A stretch of 64,000 bases of DNA, taken from assembly GCF_036503465.1 (NCBI RefSeq), contig NZ_DASXWU010000059.1, positions 6,654 to 70,653 of the forward strand, in the 5' to 3' direction. The notes under the pieces are model-generated. The model was not told the origin of the DNA and made no database searches. It was given only the letters and a program-made list of their open reading frames with translations. Positions 47,954 through 58,018 of this stretch are shown here, piece after piece. Made by a program: the position numbers and the translations under genes. Within the stretch, counting starts at the first letter, position 1, and every line of letters begins with the position of its first letter. Source of the DNA: Nocardioides sp. Its GTDB lineage: Bacteria > Actinomycetota > Actinomycetes > Propionibacteriales > Nocardioidaceae.

Positions 47954-50900
47954 GCCGGTCCTGTCTCCTCGTGCGCGTAGTCGAAGGTGGTGGGTTGTTC
48001 GGCCGCGGCCGCACGGCCACGGGAGACGCCGGCCGCATGTGCGGCGAGGCGGTTGCGAATGGCCTCCGGGTCACGGACGACCTTCGCGGGTTCCTGCGAG
48101 ACGCCACCGGGGACCAGGCGGCCGCCGGGACGACGTACCGGAAGACCGGTGCGGGTGGTGCCGTCGGAGTCGCCGCTCTCGGCGCGCTCCGCAGCGTTCC
48201 AGCCTCGGTCCACCTCGCTCGCCGACCACTCGTCACCCTCGGCGTCACTCAGCCAGTTCGAGCGGAGCTGACCGAAGATGGGCGAGTCGCCGGGCTTCTC
48301 GGTCTCGGCCACGAACTCGCCCTCGAGGGCGGAGGCGGCGCGGGCGGCGGACAGCGGGCGGCGGATCTGCAGCCGGACCGGAGCCTCCTCGACGGCGACC
48401 TCGTGGGGGGCGGGCTCCGCCGACGCGACCACCGGCTCCGGCGCGTCGTACGCCGGCTCCCCGGCGACCTCGGCCGCAGCGGCCGGCACCGGCTCGGGCT
48501 CGGGCAGCGTGCCCCAGCCCTGCGAGTCCGCCTGGCCCCAGGGACTCGCCGGGACCGGCTCGACCTCCGGCTCCGCGACCCCGTGCTGGGCGACCTCGTG
48601 CTGGGTGACCTCGTACGGCGCGACCTCGGGCTCCTCGGCCTGCTCGTCGCTCTGGTCCTCGGTCGGCTCCTCGGCCTGCTCCTCGGTCTCGAGCTCGGCC
48701 GTGACCAGCTCGGGCTCATCGCTCTCCTCGGCCGCCTCCTCGGAGTCGTCGGAGTCGAGCACGGCGACGAGCTGGCGCTCCGCCCCGAACTGCGGGGTGA
48801 CGACCTCGGCCAGGCCCTCGTCAGTGTCCTCGGAGTCCACGTCGGCGTCCTCGTCGGTCTCCACGTCACGGAGCTCGTGAACGGCGGCGGGCAGCGCGAT
48901 CGGGACGGGTTCGCCAGGCTGCTCGTCCTCGGAGACGTCGGCGGTCAGACCGGGCAGCTCGGTCGGCTCGAAGCCCGGGGGCAGCTCCGGGGTCGGTCCG
49001 GCGTCGAACATGCCCACGGACGCGGCCGGCGCGGCCGGCTGAGCCGGACCCGGCGTCTGGCCGGGACGACGGCGCGGGAGCCCGGTGACGGCGGCGATCG
49101 CCTCCTCGATGCGCTCGAGGTACGGGTCGTACTCCTCCTCCGGCTCCTCGTCGACGACCGGCGCGACGGGCTCGCCCGCGGGCTCGGGGGCGTCGAGGAT
49201 CGAGACGTGCTCGACCGGGCTGTCGGAGACCAGCACTGCGCTCGGCAGAAGGATCGAGGCGATGATGCCGCCGCCGTTGGTGTTGCGGCCCAGCTTGACC
49301 TTCAGACCGTGCTCCTCCGCGAGGCGGCTGACCACGAACAGGCCCATCCGGCGGGCGGTGTCGACGGTGACCTCGCCGCCGTTCTTCAAGGAGTCGTTGG
49401 CCTGGGCGAGCGCGTCGCCGGCCATGCCGAGGCCGTTGTCGATGATCTCGATCTCGACCTTTCCGCCGTCCTCGGCGGCCTGGATGGTCACCGGGCTGCC
49501 CGGAGGCGAGTACGACAGGGCGTTGTCGATCAGCTCCGCCATCAGGTGGACGATGTCGGAGGCTGCGCGACCGGCGATCATCCGGTCGGGGGCGGCGTCG
49601 ATGCGCACCCGCTGGTAGTCCTGGACCTCCGAGACGGCCGCGTGGACCACGTCCGAGACGCTGAGCTCTTCGAACCCGGCGGTCCGGCCCTCGGCACCTC
49701 CCAGGATGACCAGGCTCTCCGCGGTACGGCGCATCCGGGTGGCCAGGTGGTCGAGGCTGAACAGCTGCTCGAGGCGCTGCGGGTCTTCCTCGTCCTGCTC
49801 CAGCGACTCGATCAGCGCCAGCTGCTGGTTGACCAGGGTCGTGTTGCGCCGCGACAGGGTCACGAACATCGCGCCGACCTGCGTCCGCAGCTGGGCCTCA
49901 CCGGTCGCCAGGCTGACTGCCTGCTTGTGCATGTCGTCGACGGCCCGGGCCAGCTGGCCGAGCTCCTCGTGACTGTGCACGGGGATCGGCGTGACCTCGT
50001 CGGGAGCCTTGCCGCTCCGGATCCGGGCGACGGTCTCGGGCAGCCGCTCGTTGGCGACCGCGAGCGCACCGGCCCGCACCTTGCGCAACGGCAGGATCAG
50101 GGCACGCGCCACGAACAACGCCAGCAGCAGGGAGGCGAGGAGCGCGGTCAGGATGACGGCGGCGTCGGTCAGCGCCCGTGACTTCGCCTGCGAGGCGTTC
50201 GTCGCGAGCGTGCTCTGAATGCTCCCGAGCAGACGCTTGTTGACGACGTCGTACCTCTCGAACATCTTCGGGCCGGCGCTGAGGTCCTCGATCTTGTTGC
50301 TTGTGGCCAGACCGAGGCGGGTGCCGTTCGCGGCGGAGAGCAGCTCGACCCGTCGGCCGCCCACGCTCGCACCCACGCCGGACTTGAGGTCGTCGAGCGC
50401 GGTGCTCTCGACTCCGATCTCGGCCGCGAGCCACACGGACCCGAGCTGGGAAGGCTCCTGGTCGTTGCTCTGGATCAGGAGCTGCTGCTTGACCAGCGAC
50501 AGCCGACCGTTCAAGGCCTGGACCAGAGCCTGGACCTTGGAGTCCGGCGTGCCCGCGGTGTTCAGAGTCGAGTTGATCAGGTCGTTCGTCAGCCGAGTCA
50601 TGTCACTGAGCTGGACCGGTGCGGTGGCGGTGATACCGGTGCCACTGCCACTCTCCAGTGTGGTGCCGATCTGGGTGATGGTGGTGACGTCGTTGTTCTC
50701 GGAGGCGGTGAGGTCGGCCTTGGATGCGGCGTTCTTGAGCCTGGCCGATGCCGCCGACCACGCCGACTTCGCGTCGCCACCCCCGAGCCTGGCCGAGAGC
50801 TCTGCGGGCAGGGCCAGCCGCTCGGTGGCGGTCAGGTAGTCGATCGCGGGACCGAGCACGGTGGCGCGCTGCTGGTTCGTGGAGTAGGCACTCGCGTCCT

Positions 50901-51162
50901 GGAGCTCGGAGGACACCCGGAGACCACCGAACACGGCAGCGAGGACGACGGGGATCGCGAGCACGGCCACCACCTTGCGGCGGACCGACCACTCGGACAC
51001 GCGAAAGGCTGAGAACGCGCCCGAGGTGGCGTCACGGCGATTGTTCCTCAACGGTGCTCCAAAGAGTTTCGAGTCGGACCCGCATCTGCGACCGAGGCCA
51101 GCGATGGTCGGGCTGTGCCGCCCGGCGCTGACACGATAGGAGTCGCGTGGGATCGACTGCAT
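47950..51162 (-). CDS. cvnA: conservon membrane sensor histidine-kinase-like ATPase (CvnA type) with long acidic C-terminal tail
   Basis: N-terminal [22 protein letters not shown], extracytoplasmic region, second TM + HAMP-like. HATPase_c boxes [24 protein letters not shown]. The true start is probably internal (e.g. TTG 51051 with GGAG upstream). Confidence 0.8.
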   Translation of the reverse strand: MQSIPRDSYRVSAGRHSPTIAGLGRRCGSDSKLFGAPLRNNRRDATSGAFSAFRVSEWSVRRKVVAVLAIPVVLAAVFGGLRVSSELQDASAYSTNQQRATVLGPAIDYLTATERLALPAELSARLGGGDAKSAWSAASARLKNAASKADLTASENNDVTTITQIGTTLESGSGTGITATAPVQLSDMTRLTNDLINSTLNTAGTPDSKVQALVQALNGRLSLVKQQLLIQSNDQEPSQLGSVWLAAEIGVESTALDDLKSGVGASVGGRRVELLSAANGTRLGLATSNKIEDLSAGPKMFERYDVVNKRLLGSIQSTLATNASQAKSRALTDAAVILTALLASLLLALFVARALILPLRKVRAGALAVANERLPETVARIRSGKAPDEVTPIPVHSHEELGQLARAVDDMHKQAVSLATGEAQLRTQVGAMFVTLSRRNTTLVNQQLALIESLEQDEEDPQRLEQLFSLDHLATRMRRTAESLVILGGAEGRTAGFEELSVSDVVHAAVSEVQDYQRVRIDAAPDRMIAGRAASDIVHLMAELIDNALSYSPPGSPVTIQAAEDGGKVEIEIIDNGLGMAGDALAQANDSLKNGGEVTVDTARRMGLFVVSRLAEEHGLKVKLGRNTNGGGIIASILLPSAVLVSDSPVEHVSILDAPEPAGEPVAPVVDEEPEEEYDPYLERIEEAIAAVTGLPRRRPGQTPGPAQPAAPAASVGMFDAGPTPELPPGFEPTELPGLTADVSEDEQPGEPVPIALPAAVHELRDVETDEDADVDSEDTDEGLAEVVTPQFGAERQLVAVLDSDDSEEAAEESDEPELVTAELETEEQAEEPTEDQSDEQAEEPEVAPYEVTQHEVAQHGVAEPEVEPVPASPWGQADSQGWGTLPEPEPVPAAAAEVAGEPAYDAPEPVVASAEPAPHEVAVEEAPVRLQIRRPLSAARAASALEGEFVAETEKPGDSPIFGQLRSNWLSDAEGDEWSASEVDRGWNAAERAESGDSDGTTRTGLPVRRPGGRLVPGGVSQEPAKVVRDPEAIRNRLAAHAAGVSRGRAAAAEQPTTFDYAHEETGPA

Positions 51163-51195
51163 GCGATTGGCAAAGAAGTAGGCCCAACGGGACAG

Positions 51196-51220
51196 GCCGG
51201 TAGTCCGAACGGACTACGGC
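51196..51220 (-). terminator. stem-loop downstream of xerD (possible terminator)
   Basis: GTAGTCC gaac GGACTAC: perfect 7-bp stem with tetraloop, extendable by 3 bp across a 1-nt bulge. Only a weak T-rich stretch follows. Confidence 0.3.
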
Positions 51221-51237
51221 TTGATCTGGTTCCGCGC

Positions 51238-52164
51238 TCAGCGCGCGCGTGGGTGAGCAGCTGCGAACACCTCCCTCAAGTTGTCCACGGTGACCAGGGT
51301 GTAGATCTGCGTGGTCGTCACCGAGGCATGGCCCAGGAGCTCCTGGACCACACGCACATCTGCTCCCCCTTCGAGCAGGTGGGTCGCGAACGAGTGTCGC
51401 AGGGTGTGGGGGGACACGTCACGCGTCACCCCGGCCCGATCTGCGGCCTTGACCAGCACGGTCCACGCCGACTGCCGCGACAGCCGGCCGCCCCGGGCGT
51501 TGAGGAACAGCGCCCCGGCCCGCTGGGAGGGGCCTGCGGACGCCAGGTCGGGGCGCGCCCGGGTCAGGTAGGCGTCGACGGCGTCCAGGGCGAACGAGCC
51601 GATCGGGACGAGCCGCTCCTTGCCGCCCTTGCCCCGCAGCAGGACGGTGGCGTCGACCCGGTCCACGTCGTCGACGTCGAGCCCGACCGCTTCACTGATG
51701 CGGGCGCCGGTGCCGTAGAGCACCTCGAGCAGCGCCCGGTCCCGGAGGGCGAGCGTCGTGCCCGGTGAGCCGGCGGCGTCCAGGATGGACTCCACGTCGA
51801 CCAGCGGCAGGGCCTTGGGGAGCCGGCGCACCGGAGCCGGAGGCCGAACGCCCGCAGCGGGGTCCTGCGTCGCCAGCCCGTCGGCGACACAGAACTTGTG
51901 GAAGCCGCGCACCGCCACCACGGTGCGCCCCGCCGAGGTCGCGGAGAGCGGCGGATGGTCCGGGTCGCCCTCGCGCAGCCGCATCAGGAACGCCGAGACG
52001 TCGGCCTCGGTGACCGTGTCGACGTCGGCGGTGCCGGACTCACTCAGGAAGCCGAGGTAGCGGCGCAGGTCTCGCCGGTACGACGTCAAGGTGTTCGCCG
52101 CCAGCCCGCGCTCGACCGTCAGGTGGTCGAGGTAGGTGCGCAGCGCGAGAGCGAGGTCCGCCAC
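51238..52164 (-). CDS. xerD: site-specific tyrosine recombinase XerD
   Basis: [62 protein letters not shown]. Trimmed to GTG 52164. Confidence 0.9.
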   Translation of the reverse strand: MADLALALRTYLDHLTVERGLAANTLTSYRRDLRRYLGFLSESGTADVDTVTEADVSAFLMRLREGDPDHPPLSATSAGRTVVAVRGFHKFCVADGLATQDPAAGVRPPAPVRRLPKALPLVDVESILDAAGSPGTTLALRDRALLEVLYGTGARISEAVGLDVDDVDRVDATVLLRGKGGKERLVPIGSFALDAVDAYLTRARPDLASAGPSQRAGALFLNARGGRLSRQSAWTVLVKAADRAGVTRDVSPHTLRHSFATHLLEGGADVRVVQELLGHASVTTTQIYTLVTVDNLREVFAAAHPRAR

Positions 52165-52190
52165 GGTGCTCCCGAGTGGTGCCGCCGGGC

Positions 52191-53315
52191 TCAGCCCGCG
52201 GCCGCGAGGACCTCGTCGAGATCGACCGGGTCGATGCCGGTCGCCTCGCCGACCGGCCCGTTGGTGAGCTTCCCGTCGTGGGTGTTGAGACCGAGCGCGA
52301 GCGAGTGGTCGTCGCGGCAGGCCCGGACCCAGCCCTTGTCGGCCAGCGCGACCGCGTACGGCAGGGTCGCGTTGGTGAGCGCGTACGTCGAGGTGTTTGG
52401 CACCGCTCCGGGCATGTTGGCGACGCAGTAGAAGATCGAGTTGTGGACCTCGAACGTCGGGTCCGAGTGGGTCGTGGCGTGGGTGTCCTCGAAGCATCCT
52501 CCCTGGTCGACGGCAATGTCGACGAGCACCGAGCCCGGCTTCATCTGGGAGACCAGCTCGTTGCTGACCAGCTTCGGCGCGGCGGCGCCCGGGATGAGGA
52601 CCGCGCCGATCACCATGTCGGCCTCCATCACCTGCTGCCGGATCGCGAGCTGGGAGGACGCGAGGCCGTGGACGCGATTGTTGTAGCGCCAGAAGGACAT
52701 CCGCAGCTTGTCGAGGTCGGTGTCGAGGAGGGTGACGTCGGCTCCCATGCCCAGGGCGATGTTGGCGGCGTTCTGCCCGGAGACACCGGCGCCGATGATC
52801 ACGACCTTCGCGTTGGCCACGCCTCCGACGCCGCCCATCAGCACGCCGCGCCCCCCCTGCGCCTTCATCAGCGCGTGCGCGCCCACCTGCGGTGCCAGGC
52901 AGCCGGCGACCTCGGACATCGGGTAGAGCAGCGGCAGGCCGCCCGACGGCAGCTGGACCGTCTCGTAGGCGATGCCGGTGACCTTGCGCTCGATCAGCTC
53001 GTCGGTGAGGGGCTTGTCGGCGGCGAGGTGGAGGTAGGTGAAGAGGGTCAGGCCCTCGTGCATCCGGTGGTACTCCTCCGCGACCGGCTCCTTCACCTTC
53101 AGCACCATCTCGGCGTTGCCCCAGACCTCGTCCGCACTGTCGAGGAGCTTCGCGCCGGCCGCCTCGTACTCGCGGTCATCGATCTGCGAGCCGGTGCCGG
53201 CGTTCTTCTCGACATACACGTCATGGCCGTGCGCGGTGAGCTCGTGGACGCCGATCGGCGTGATGGCCACGCGGTACTCGTGGTTCTTGACTTCCTTCGG
53301 GACGCCGATCTTCAC
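52191..53315 (-). CDS. ald: alanine dehydrogenase
   Basis: [42 protein letters not shown] 53315 with GAGGAG 7 nt upstream. Confidence 0.95.
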   Translation of the reverse strand: MKIGVPKEVKNHEYRVAITPIGVHELTAHGHDVYVEKNAGTGSQIDDREYEAAGAKLLDSADEVWGNAEMVLKVKEPVAEEYHRMHEGLTLFTYLHLAADKPLTDELIERKVTGIAYETVQLPSGGLPLLYPMSEVAGCLAPQVGAHALMKAQGGRGVLMGGVGGVANAKVVIIGAGVSGQNAANIALGMGADVTLLDTDLDKLRMSFWRYNNRVHGLASSQLAIRQQVMEADMVIGAVLIPGAAAPKLVSNELVSQMKPGSVLVDIAVDQGGCFEDTHATTHSDPTFEVHNSIFYCVANMPGAVPNTSTYALTNATLPYAVALADKGWVRACRDDHSLALGLNTHDGKLTNGPVGEATGIDPVDLDEVLAAAG

Positions 53316-53420
53316 CGGGAACACTCCTCACCTCGGGCCCGCTTCGGGGTACGGGACCGACCACGACAATAGCCACATGTGACCCCGGCCACGCCCCCGG
53401 GACCGACCGGCGACCGCCCG

Positions 53421-54536
53421 TCAGCCCTCGGCGACGTCCTCCATCGCGCGCATCGTGCGCAACACGTTGCGGGAGGTCAGCTTGGCCAGGTCGTCGTCCG
53501 ACCAGCCGCGGTCGCGTAGTGCCGCCAGCAGCCGTGGGTACCCGGTCACGTCCTCCAACCCCTCCGGGAGCCAGTCGACGCCGTCGTAGTCGCCGCCCAG
53601 GCCGATGTGGTCGATGCCGGTGACCTCGCGCACGTGCTCGAGATGGGCGACCACGTCGGAGAGGTACGCCGGCGGGTGCGGCACGTCGTCCTGGTAGGCC
53701 CGCTCCACCGCCTGGAGCGCCGGGATGTCGCGCGGGTCGACGCCCTGCTCCTCCGCCCGCTGCTGGGCGCCTCGGGCCCAGTCGCGCACGGCCTGGTTGA
53801 CGAACCTCGGCACGAATGTCACCAGGCAGGTCCCACCGTTGTCGGACAGCCGTGCCAACACGTCGTCGGGGACGTTGCGCGGGTGGTCGCACACGGCGTA
53901 CGCCGAGGAGTGGCTGAAGATCACCGGCGCGCTCGTGGTGTCCAACGCGTCGCGCATGACGTCGTGGCTGACGTGGGAGAGGTCGACCAGCATCCCGATG
54001 CGGTTCATCTCGCGGACGACCTCGCGGCCGAAGTCGTTCAGCCCGCCGAGCACCGGCTCGTCGGTCGCGGAGTCGGCCCACGACACGTTGTCGTTGTGGG
54101 TGAGCGTCAGGTAGCGGATGCCGAGCCGGTGGAACATCCGGAGCACCCCGAGCGACTCCCCGATCTGGTGACCGCCCTCGGCCCCCATCAGGCAGGCGAT
54201 CCGGCCGTCGCGCCAGGCCGTCTCGACCCCATGGGCTGTGGTCGCGAGCGCGAGCCGGTCGGCGTACCGCTCGATCATGGCGTACGCCGCGTCGACCTGC
54301 TCGAGCGTGGACGCCACGGCCCGCTCGCCCTCCTTGCAGGGCACGAACACCGACCAGAACTGAGCGCCGACCCCGCCCTCTCTCAGCCGTGGGAGGTCGG
54401 TGTGGGTCTCGGTCTGCCGGTCCCCCACGTCGTAGGCCGAGAAGTCGTAGCCGTTCTTCTCGCGCATCGTCCACAGCAGATCGTTGTGGCCGTCGATGAC
54501 CGGATGGGCGGTCAGCAGGTCGGTCAGCTCGGTCAC
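53421..54536 (-). CDS. membrane dipeptidase (M19 family)
   Basis: VIDGHNDLLW, LTLTHNDNVSWADS, VDLSHVS, FSHSSA. GTG 54536 overlaps the NUDIX stop (GTGA). Confidence 0.85.
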   Translation of the reverse strand: MTELTDLLTAHPVIDGHNDLLWTMREKNGYDFSAYDVGDRQTETHTDLPRLREGGVGAQFWSVFVPCKEGERAVASTLEQVDAAYAMIERYADRLALATTAHGVETAWRDGRIACLMGAEGGHQIGESLGVLRMFHRLGIRYLTLTHNDNVSWADSATDEPVLGGLNDFGREVVREMNRIGMLVDLSHVSHDVMRDALDTTSAPVIFSHSSAYAVCDHPRNVPDDVLARLSDNGGTCLVTFVPRFVNQAVRDWARGAQQRAEEQGVDPRDIPALQAVERAYQDDVPHPPAYLSDVVAHLEHVREVTGIDHIGLGGDYDGVDWLPEGLEDVTGYPRLLAALRDRGWSDDDLAKLTSRNVLRTMRAMEDVAEG

Positions 54537-55126
54537 AGTCGGCCTTTCGAACGGAGGACGGAGTACGCGAGCACACATGCCGCGACCGGGGACTCGCTGA
54601 CGCGGCCCGAGAGGACGGCATCCACGAGGTCGTCGACCGGCACCCAGAAGCGCTCCATGTCGGCCTCCTCGTGCTCCGGGGTGAAGTCGCCGCGCCCGGC
54701 GGGGCGGAGGTCGCGGGCCAGGTAGCAGACCTGACGCTCGTCGGTGATGCCGGCGCTCGGGTAGAGATCGAACAGCAGGCGCCAATCCCCCGCCTCGAGC
54801 TCCACCTCCTCACGCAGCTCACGCTGGGCTGTCTCCAACGGGTCCTCGTCGCCGGCGTCGCGCAGCCCGGCCGGGAGCTCGACGAAGCGGCCACCGGCCG
54901 GATGGCGGTACTGACGCAGGCAGCAGGCCCGCTCCTCGTCGTCGACCGCCAGCACGATCACGGCGCCGGGGTGCTCGAAGACCCAGCGGTCGAACGGCGC
55001 CTCGGCGTCGGCGCCCGGGCGGCGTACCTCGTCGAGGCGCAGCGCCATCAGCCAGTCACCCCGGTAGAGGTCGCGGCTCCCGACGACGGGCCAGCTCTCC
55101 GGGGAGTCGGCGAGATCCGTGGACAC
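54533..55126 (-). CDS. NUDIX hydrolase (ADP-ribose pyrophosphatase-like)
   Basis: Nudix box GLRDAGDEDPLETAQRELREEVELE. Confidence 0.85.
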   Translation of the reverse strand: MSTDLADSPESWPVVGSRDLYRGDWLMALRLDEVRRPGADAEAPFDRWVFEHPGAVIVLAVDDEERACCLRQYRHPAGGRFVELPAGLRDAGDEDPLETAQRELREEVELEAGDWRLLFDLYPSAGITDERQVCYLARDLRPAGRGDFTPEHEEADMERFWVPVDDLVDAVLSGRVSESPVAACVLAYSVLRSKGRL

Positions 55127-55156
55127 GCCCCGACCGTACCGGTCGCCTCGAGCGGC

Positions 55157-55900
55157 TCACAGGCGGCCGGACTTCACCACCCGGCTGAGGAACTGCTGGG
55201 TGCGCGGCTCTTTGGGGTCTTCGAAGATCTGCTGCGCCGAGCCACGCTCGAGGATCGAGCCGTTGTCGAGGAAGCACACCTGGGAGGCGACCTCCTTGGC
55301 GAAGCCCATCTCGTGGGTCGCCAGCAGCATGGTCAGGCCCCCGTGGGCCAGCTCGCGCACGATCTCGAGCACGTCGCCCACGAGCTCCGGGTCCAGGGCG
55401 GCGGTGATCTCGTCGAGGAGCATCACCCGCGGCTGCATCGCCAGCGCGCGCACGATCGCCACCCGCTGCTGCTGGCCGCCCGAAAGCATGTCGGGATAGG
55501 ACTTCGCCTTGTCCTGCATGTTGACCGACTCCAGCAGACGCTCGGCCCGCTCGAGAGCCTCTCGCTTCTTCACGCCGCCCACCCGCTGCGGGGCGAGCAT
55601 GATGTTCTCCAGCACCGACATGTGAGGGAACAGGTTGTAGCTCTGGAAGACGATGCCGACGTCTCGTCGCAAGGCGTTGAGGTCGACCCCGGCGCCGGTG
55701 ACGGTGTCGCCCTCGATCCGGATCTCTCCCTTCTGGATGTCCTCGAGTGCGTTTACACAGCGCAGCAGCGTCGACTTCCCCGAGCCCGAGGCGCCGATCA
55801 AGCAGACCACCTCGTGCCGCTCGACGTTCAGGGACACGCCTTTGAGCACCTCGTGGTGTCCGTAGGACTTGTGGACGTCGTCGATCTCGAGGAACGCCAT
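55157..55900 (-). CDS. amino-acid ABC transporter ATP-binding protein
   Basis: GASGSGKST, LSGGQQQRVAIVRAL, LLDEITAALDPE. Trimmed to ATG 55900. Confidence 0.9.
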   Translation of the reverse strand: MAFLEIDDVHKSYGHHEVLKGVSLNVERHEVVCLIGASGSGKSTLLRCVNALEDIQKGEIRIEGDTVTGAGVDLNALRRDVGIVFQSYNLFPHMSVLENIMLAPQRVGGVKKREALERAERLLESVNMQDKAKSYPDMLSGGQQQRVAIVRALAMQPRVMLLDEITAALDPELVGDVLEIVRELAHGGLTMLLATHEMGFAKEVASQVCFLDNGSILERGSAQQIFEDPKEPRTQQFLSRVVKSGRL

Positions 55901-55902
55901 GG

Positions 55903-56997
55903 TCACTTCCCTGCCCGTCGGGCGGCGTCGCGGTCGATCAGGTAGTCGACGAAGCGGGCCTGCGGGATCGTGATCACGATGAAGAACGCAGCCGCCAAGG
56001 TGATCGGCGAGAGGTTGAAGAGGTTGCTCTCCCACAGCTTCGAGACGAGCACGACCTCCGCGATGCTCGCCGTCGACAGCAGAGCGGTGTCCTTCTGCAG
56101 GCTGATGAAGTCGTTGAGGAGAGGCGGAATGACTCGGCGCACGGCCTGCGGCACCAGCACGGTCCGCAGGGTCTGGGTGTAGCTCAGACCCAGCGACCGG
56201 GCAGCAGCACTCTGGCTCGGATGGATCGAAGCCAGTCCCGCCCGATAGACCTCCGCGACGTACGCCGAGTACGTCATGGTCAGTGCCACGATGCCCAGCC
56301 ACGCCAGCGGCCACTGCGCGGTCGAGGGGAAGGCCAGCGGCGTGCCGAACACGATCAACAGGATCGTCACGATCGCCGGGATCGCCCGGAAGACGTCGCA
56401 GTAGACCAGCGCGATCAGGCGCAGCGGCGCGCCGGCACGACCGGGGAGCATCCGCATGATGGCCAGCAGCAGCCCGAAGATCAGGACGAAGACCTGCGCG
56501 ACGACCGCTACCCAGATGTTCGTCCAGAACGCCCGGATCATCTCGCCGAAGGACTTGTCCCATGCGCTCTGGGTGAAGAACGTGTGGGCGACGCCACCCC
56601 CGTTGGCGAACGCCATCAGCAGCAACCCGGCGACGATGATCGCGGCGGCGGCGTATCCCATCGCGATCTGGGCCTCCTCGCGGGCGGCGGCCGAGGCGCG
56701 GCGAGCGGCGACCAGGTGTCCGTCGCTCAGGAGCTTGGCACGCTCGCGATCACCCTGGAACGCCTTGAAGGACGGGAACAGGGGGTAAAGGCTCACCACG
56801 ACGAAGATGGCGCCGACAACGGTCGAGACGAGCCCGTCGCTGTTGTAGTCACGTAGGCGGAGTGCCGCCGCGACCATCCCGGCGATGCCGACCAGCGAGA
56901 GCAGCAGACCGACCCCAGCCAGCCCCACCACAGGGCGGGGCTGGCTGGGGGTGGGTGACGGCTGCAGCTCCTCGTTGACGAGGCCTGAAGCGCTCAT
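55903..56997 (-). CDS. amino-acid ABC transporter permease with extended N-terminal membrane region
   Basis: The C-terminal half carries an EAA-type loop (AARSLGLSYTQTLRTVLVPQAVRRVIPPL). Confidence 0.85.
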   Translation of the reverse strand: MSASGLVNEELQPSPTPSQPRPVVGLAGVGLLLSLVGIAGMVAAALRLRDYNSDGLVSTVVGAIFVVVSLYPLFPSFKAFQGDRERAKLLSDGHLVAARRASAAAREEAQIAMGYAAAAIIVAGLLLMAFANGGGVAHTFFTQSAWDKSFGEMIRAFWTNIWVAVVAQVFVLIFGLLLAIMRMLPGRAGAPLRLIALVYCDVFRAIPAIVTILLIVFGTPLAFPSTAQWPLAWLGIVALTMTYSAYVAEVYRAGLASIHPSQSAAARSLGLSYTQTLRTVLVPQAVRRVIPPLLNDFISLQKDTALLSTASIAEVVLVSKLWESNLFNLSPITLAAAFFIVITIPQARFVDYLIDRDAARRAGK

Positions 56998-57007
56998 GTC
57001 CCGTGCG

Positions 57008-57871
57008 CTACTTGATCGTCCAGAACGGCACCTTGTTCGGGTCGCCGCCGAACGCCGCCCCGAGGTAGGTCGTCGAGAACTTGGCGAGCGTGCCGTCGTC
57101 GATCAGTGTCTTGATGCCTTGGTTCAGTGCGTCCTCGTTCGCCGAGCCCTTCGGGTAGATCGCGCCGTACTTCTCACCGGTCTTGTACTGGCCGACCACC
57201 TCGAGCTGTCCGCCAGTGGACTTGGCCTCGGCGAGAACGATCGCGGTGTCGAGGAAGTCAGCGTCGACCTGACCGGACAGCAGGCCCTGGTAGAGCGTCT
57301 GCGAGTCGGGGTACACCTTGTTGCTGGCGCACTTGAGCTGGTCCTGGATGAAGGGGACCGACGTGGTGCCCGAGTACGCGGCGCACGACTTGCTCTGGAT
57401 GTTGTCCTGGGTGATGCCTGAGCCCTTCTTCACGAGCACGCCGATGTTGGAGTCGAAGTAGGGCGTCGAGAAGTCGACCACCTTGGCGCGCTCCGGGGTG
57501 ATCGAGATCTCCGCCAGGGCGAGGTCGAAGGAGTTGGTCCGCCCCGCGACCAGCTGGTCGAACGAGACGTTCTTGACCGTCACCGAGTCGAGCCCCGCCA
57601 TGTTCGCGAGCTCGGCTGCCATGCAGTACTCGTACCCGCTCTTGATCGACTGCGGCGTGGTGCCGTTCCACCAGCCCTGCGCCGGCAGCGTCGTCTCGAC
57701 GGTCAGCGTGCCGGCCTTCGCCGGAGTGATCTTGATGCTGTTGGCCTTGCTGGTGACGTTGCAGTCGCCGAAGTTGCCGCCCGAGCTGTTCGACGAGCCG
57801 CCACCACAGGCCGCGAGGGTCGTGGCGATGGCGAAGGCGCTCATCAGTCCGATGGTGCGCTTGAGCAGCAT
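57008..57871 (-). CDS. amino-acid ABC transporter substrate-binding lipoprotein (family 3)
   Basis: Lipobox TLAACGG. SBP_bac_3-like body. Confidence 0.85.
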   Translation of the reverse strand: MLLKRTIGLMSAFAIATTLAACGGGSSNSSGGNFGDCNVTSKANSIKITPAKAGTLTVETTLPAQGWWNGTTPQSIKSGYEYCMAAELANMAGLDSVTVKNVSFDQLVAGRTNSFDLALAEISITPERAKVVDFSTPYFDSNIGVLVKKGSGITQDNIQSKSCAAYSGTTSVPFIQDQLKCASNKVYPDSQTLYQGLLSGQVDADFLDTAIVLAEAKSTGGQLEVVGQYKTGEKYGAIYPKGSANEDALNQGIKTLIDDGTLAKFSTTYLGAAFGGDPNKVPFWTIK

Positions 57872-58018
57872 GCGTGAAGTCCTTCCGACGGGGCGAGCCG
57901 GGTATGGCTACGGGAGCACAGTGGTCGGTCGCGGCGGGATGAGTCAAGGACATAGTCCACGGATCCCGGCATCGATCCGGCCACGATCAGGTGGAAACCT
58001 CGGGGATACGGTGTCGCC

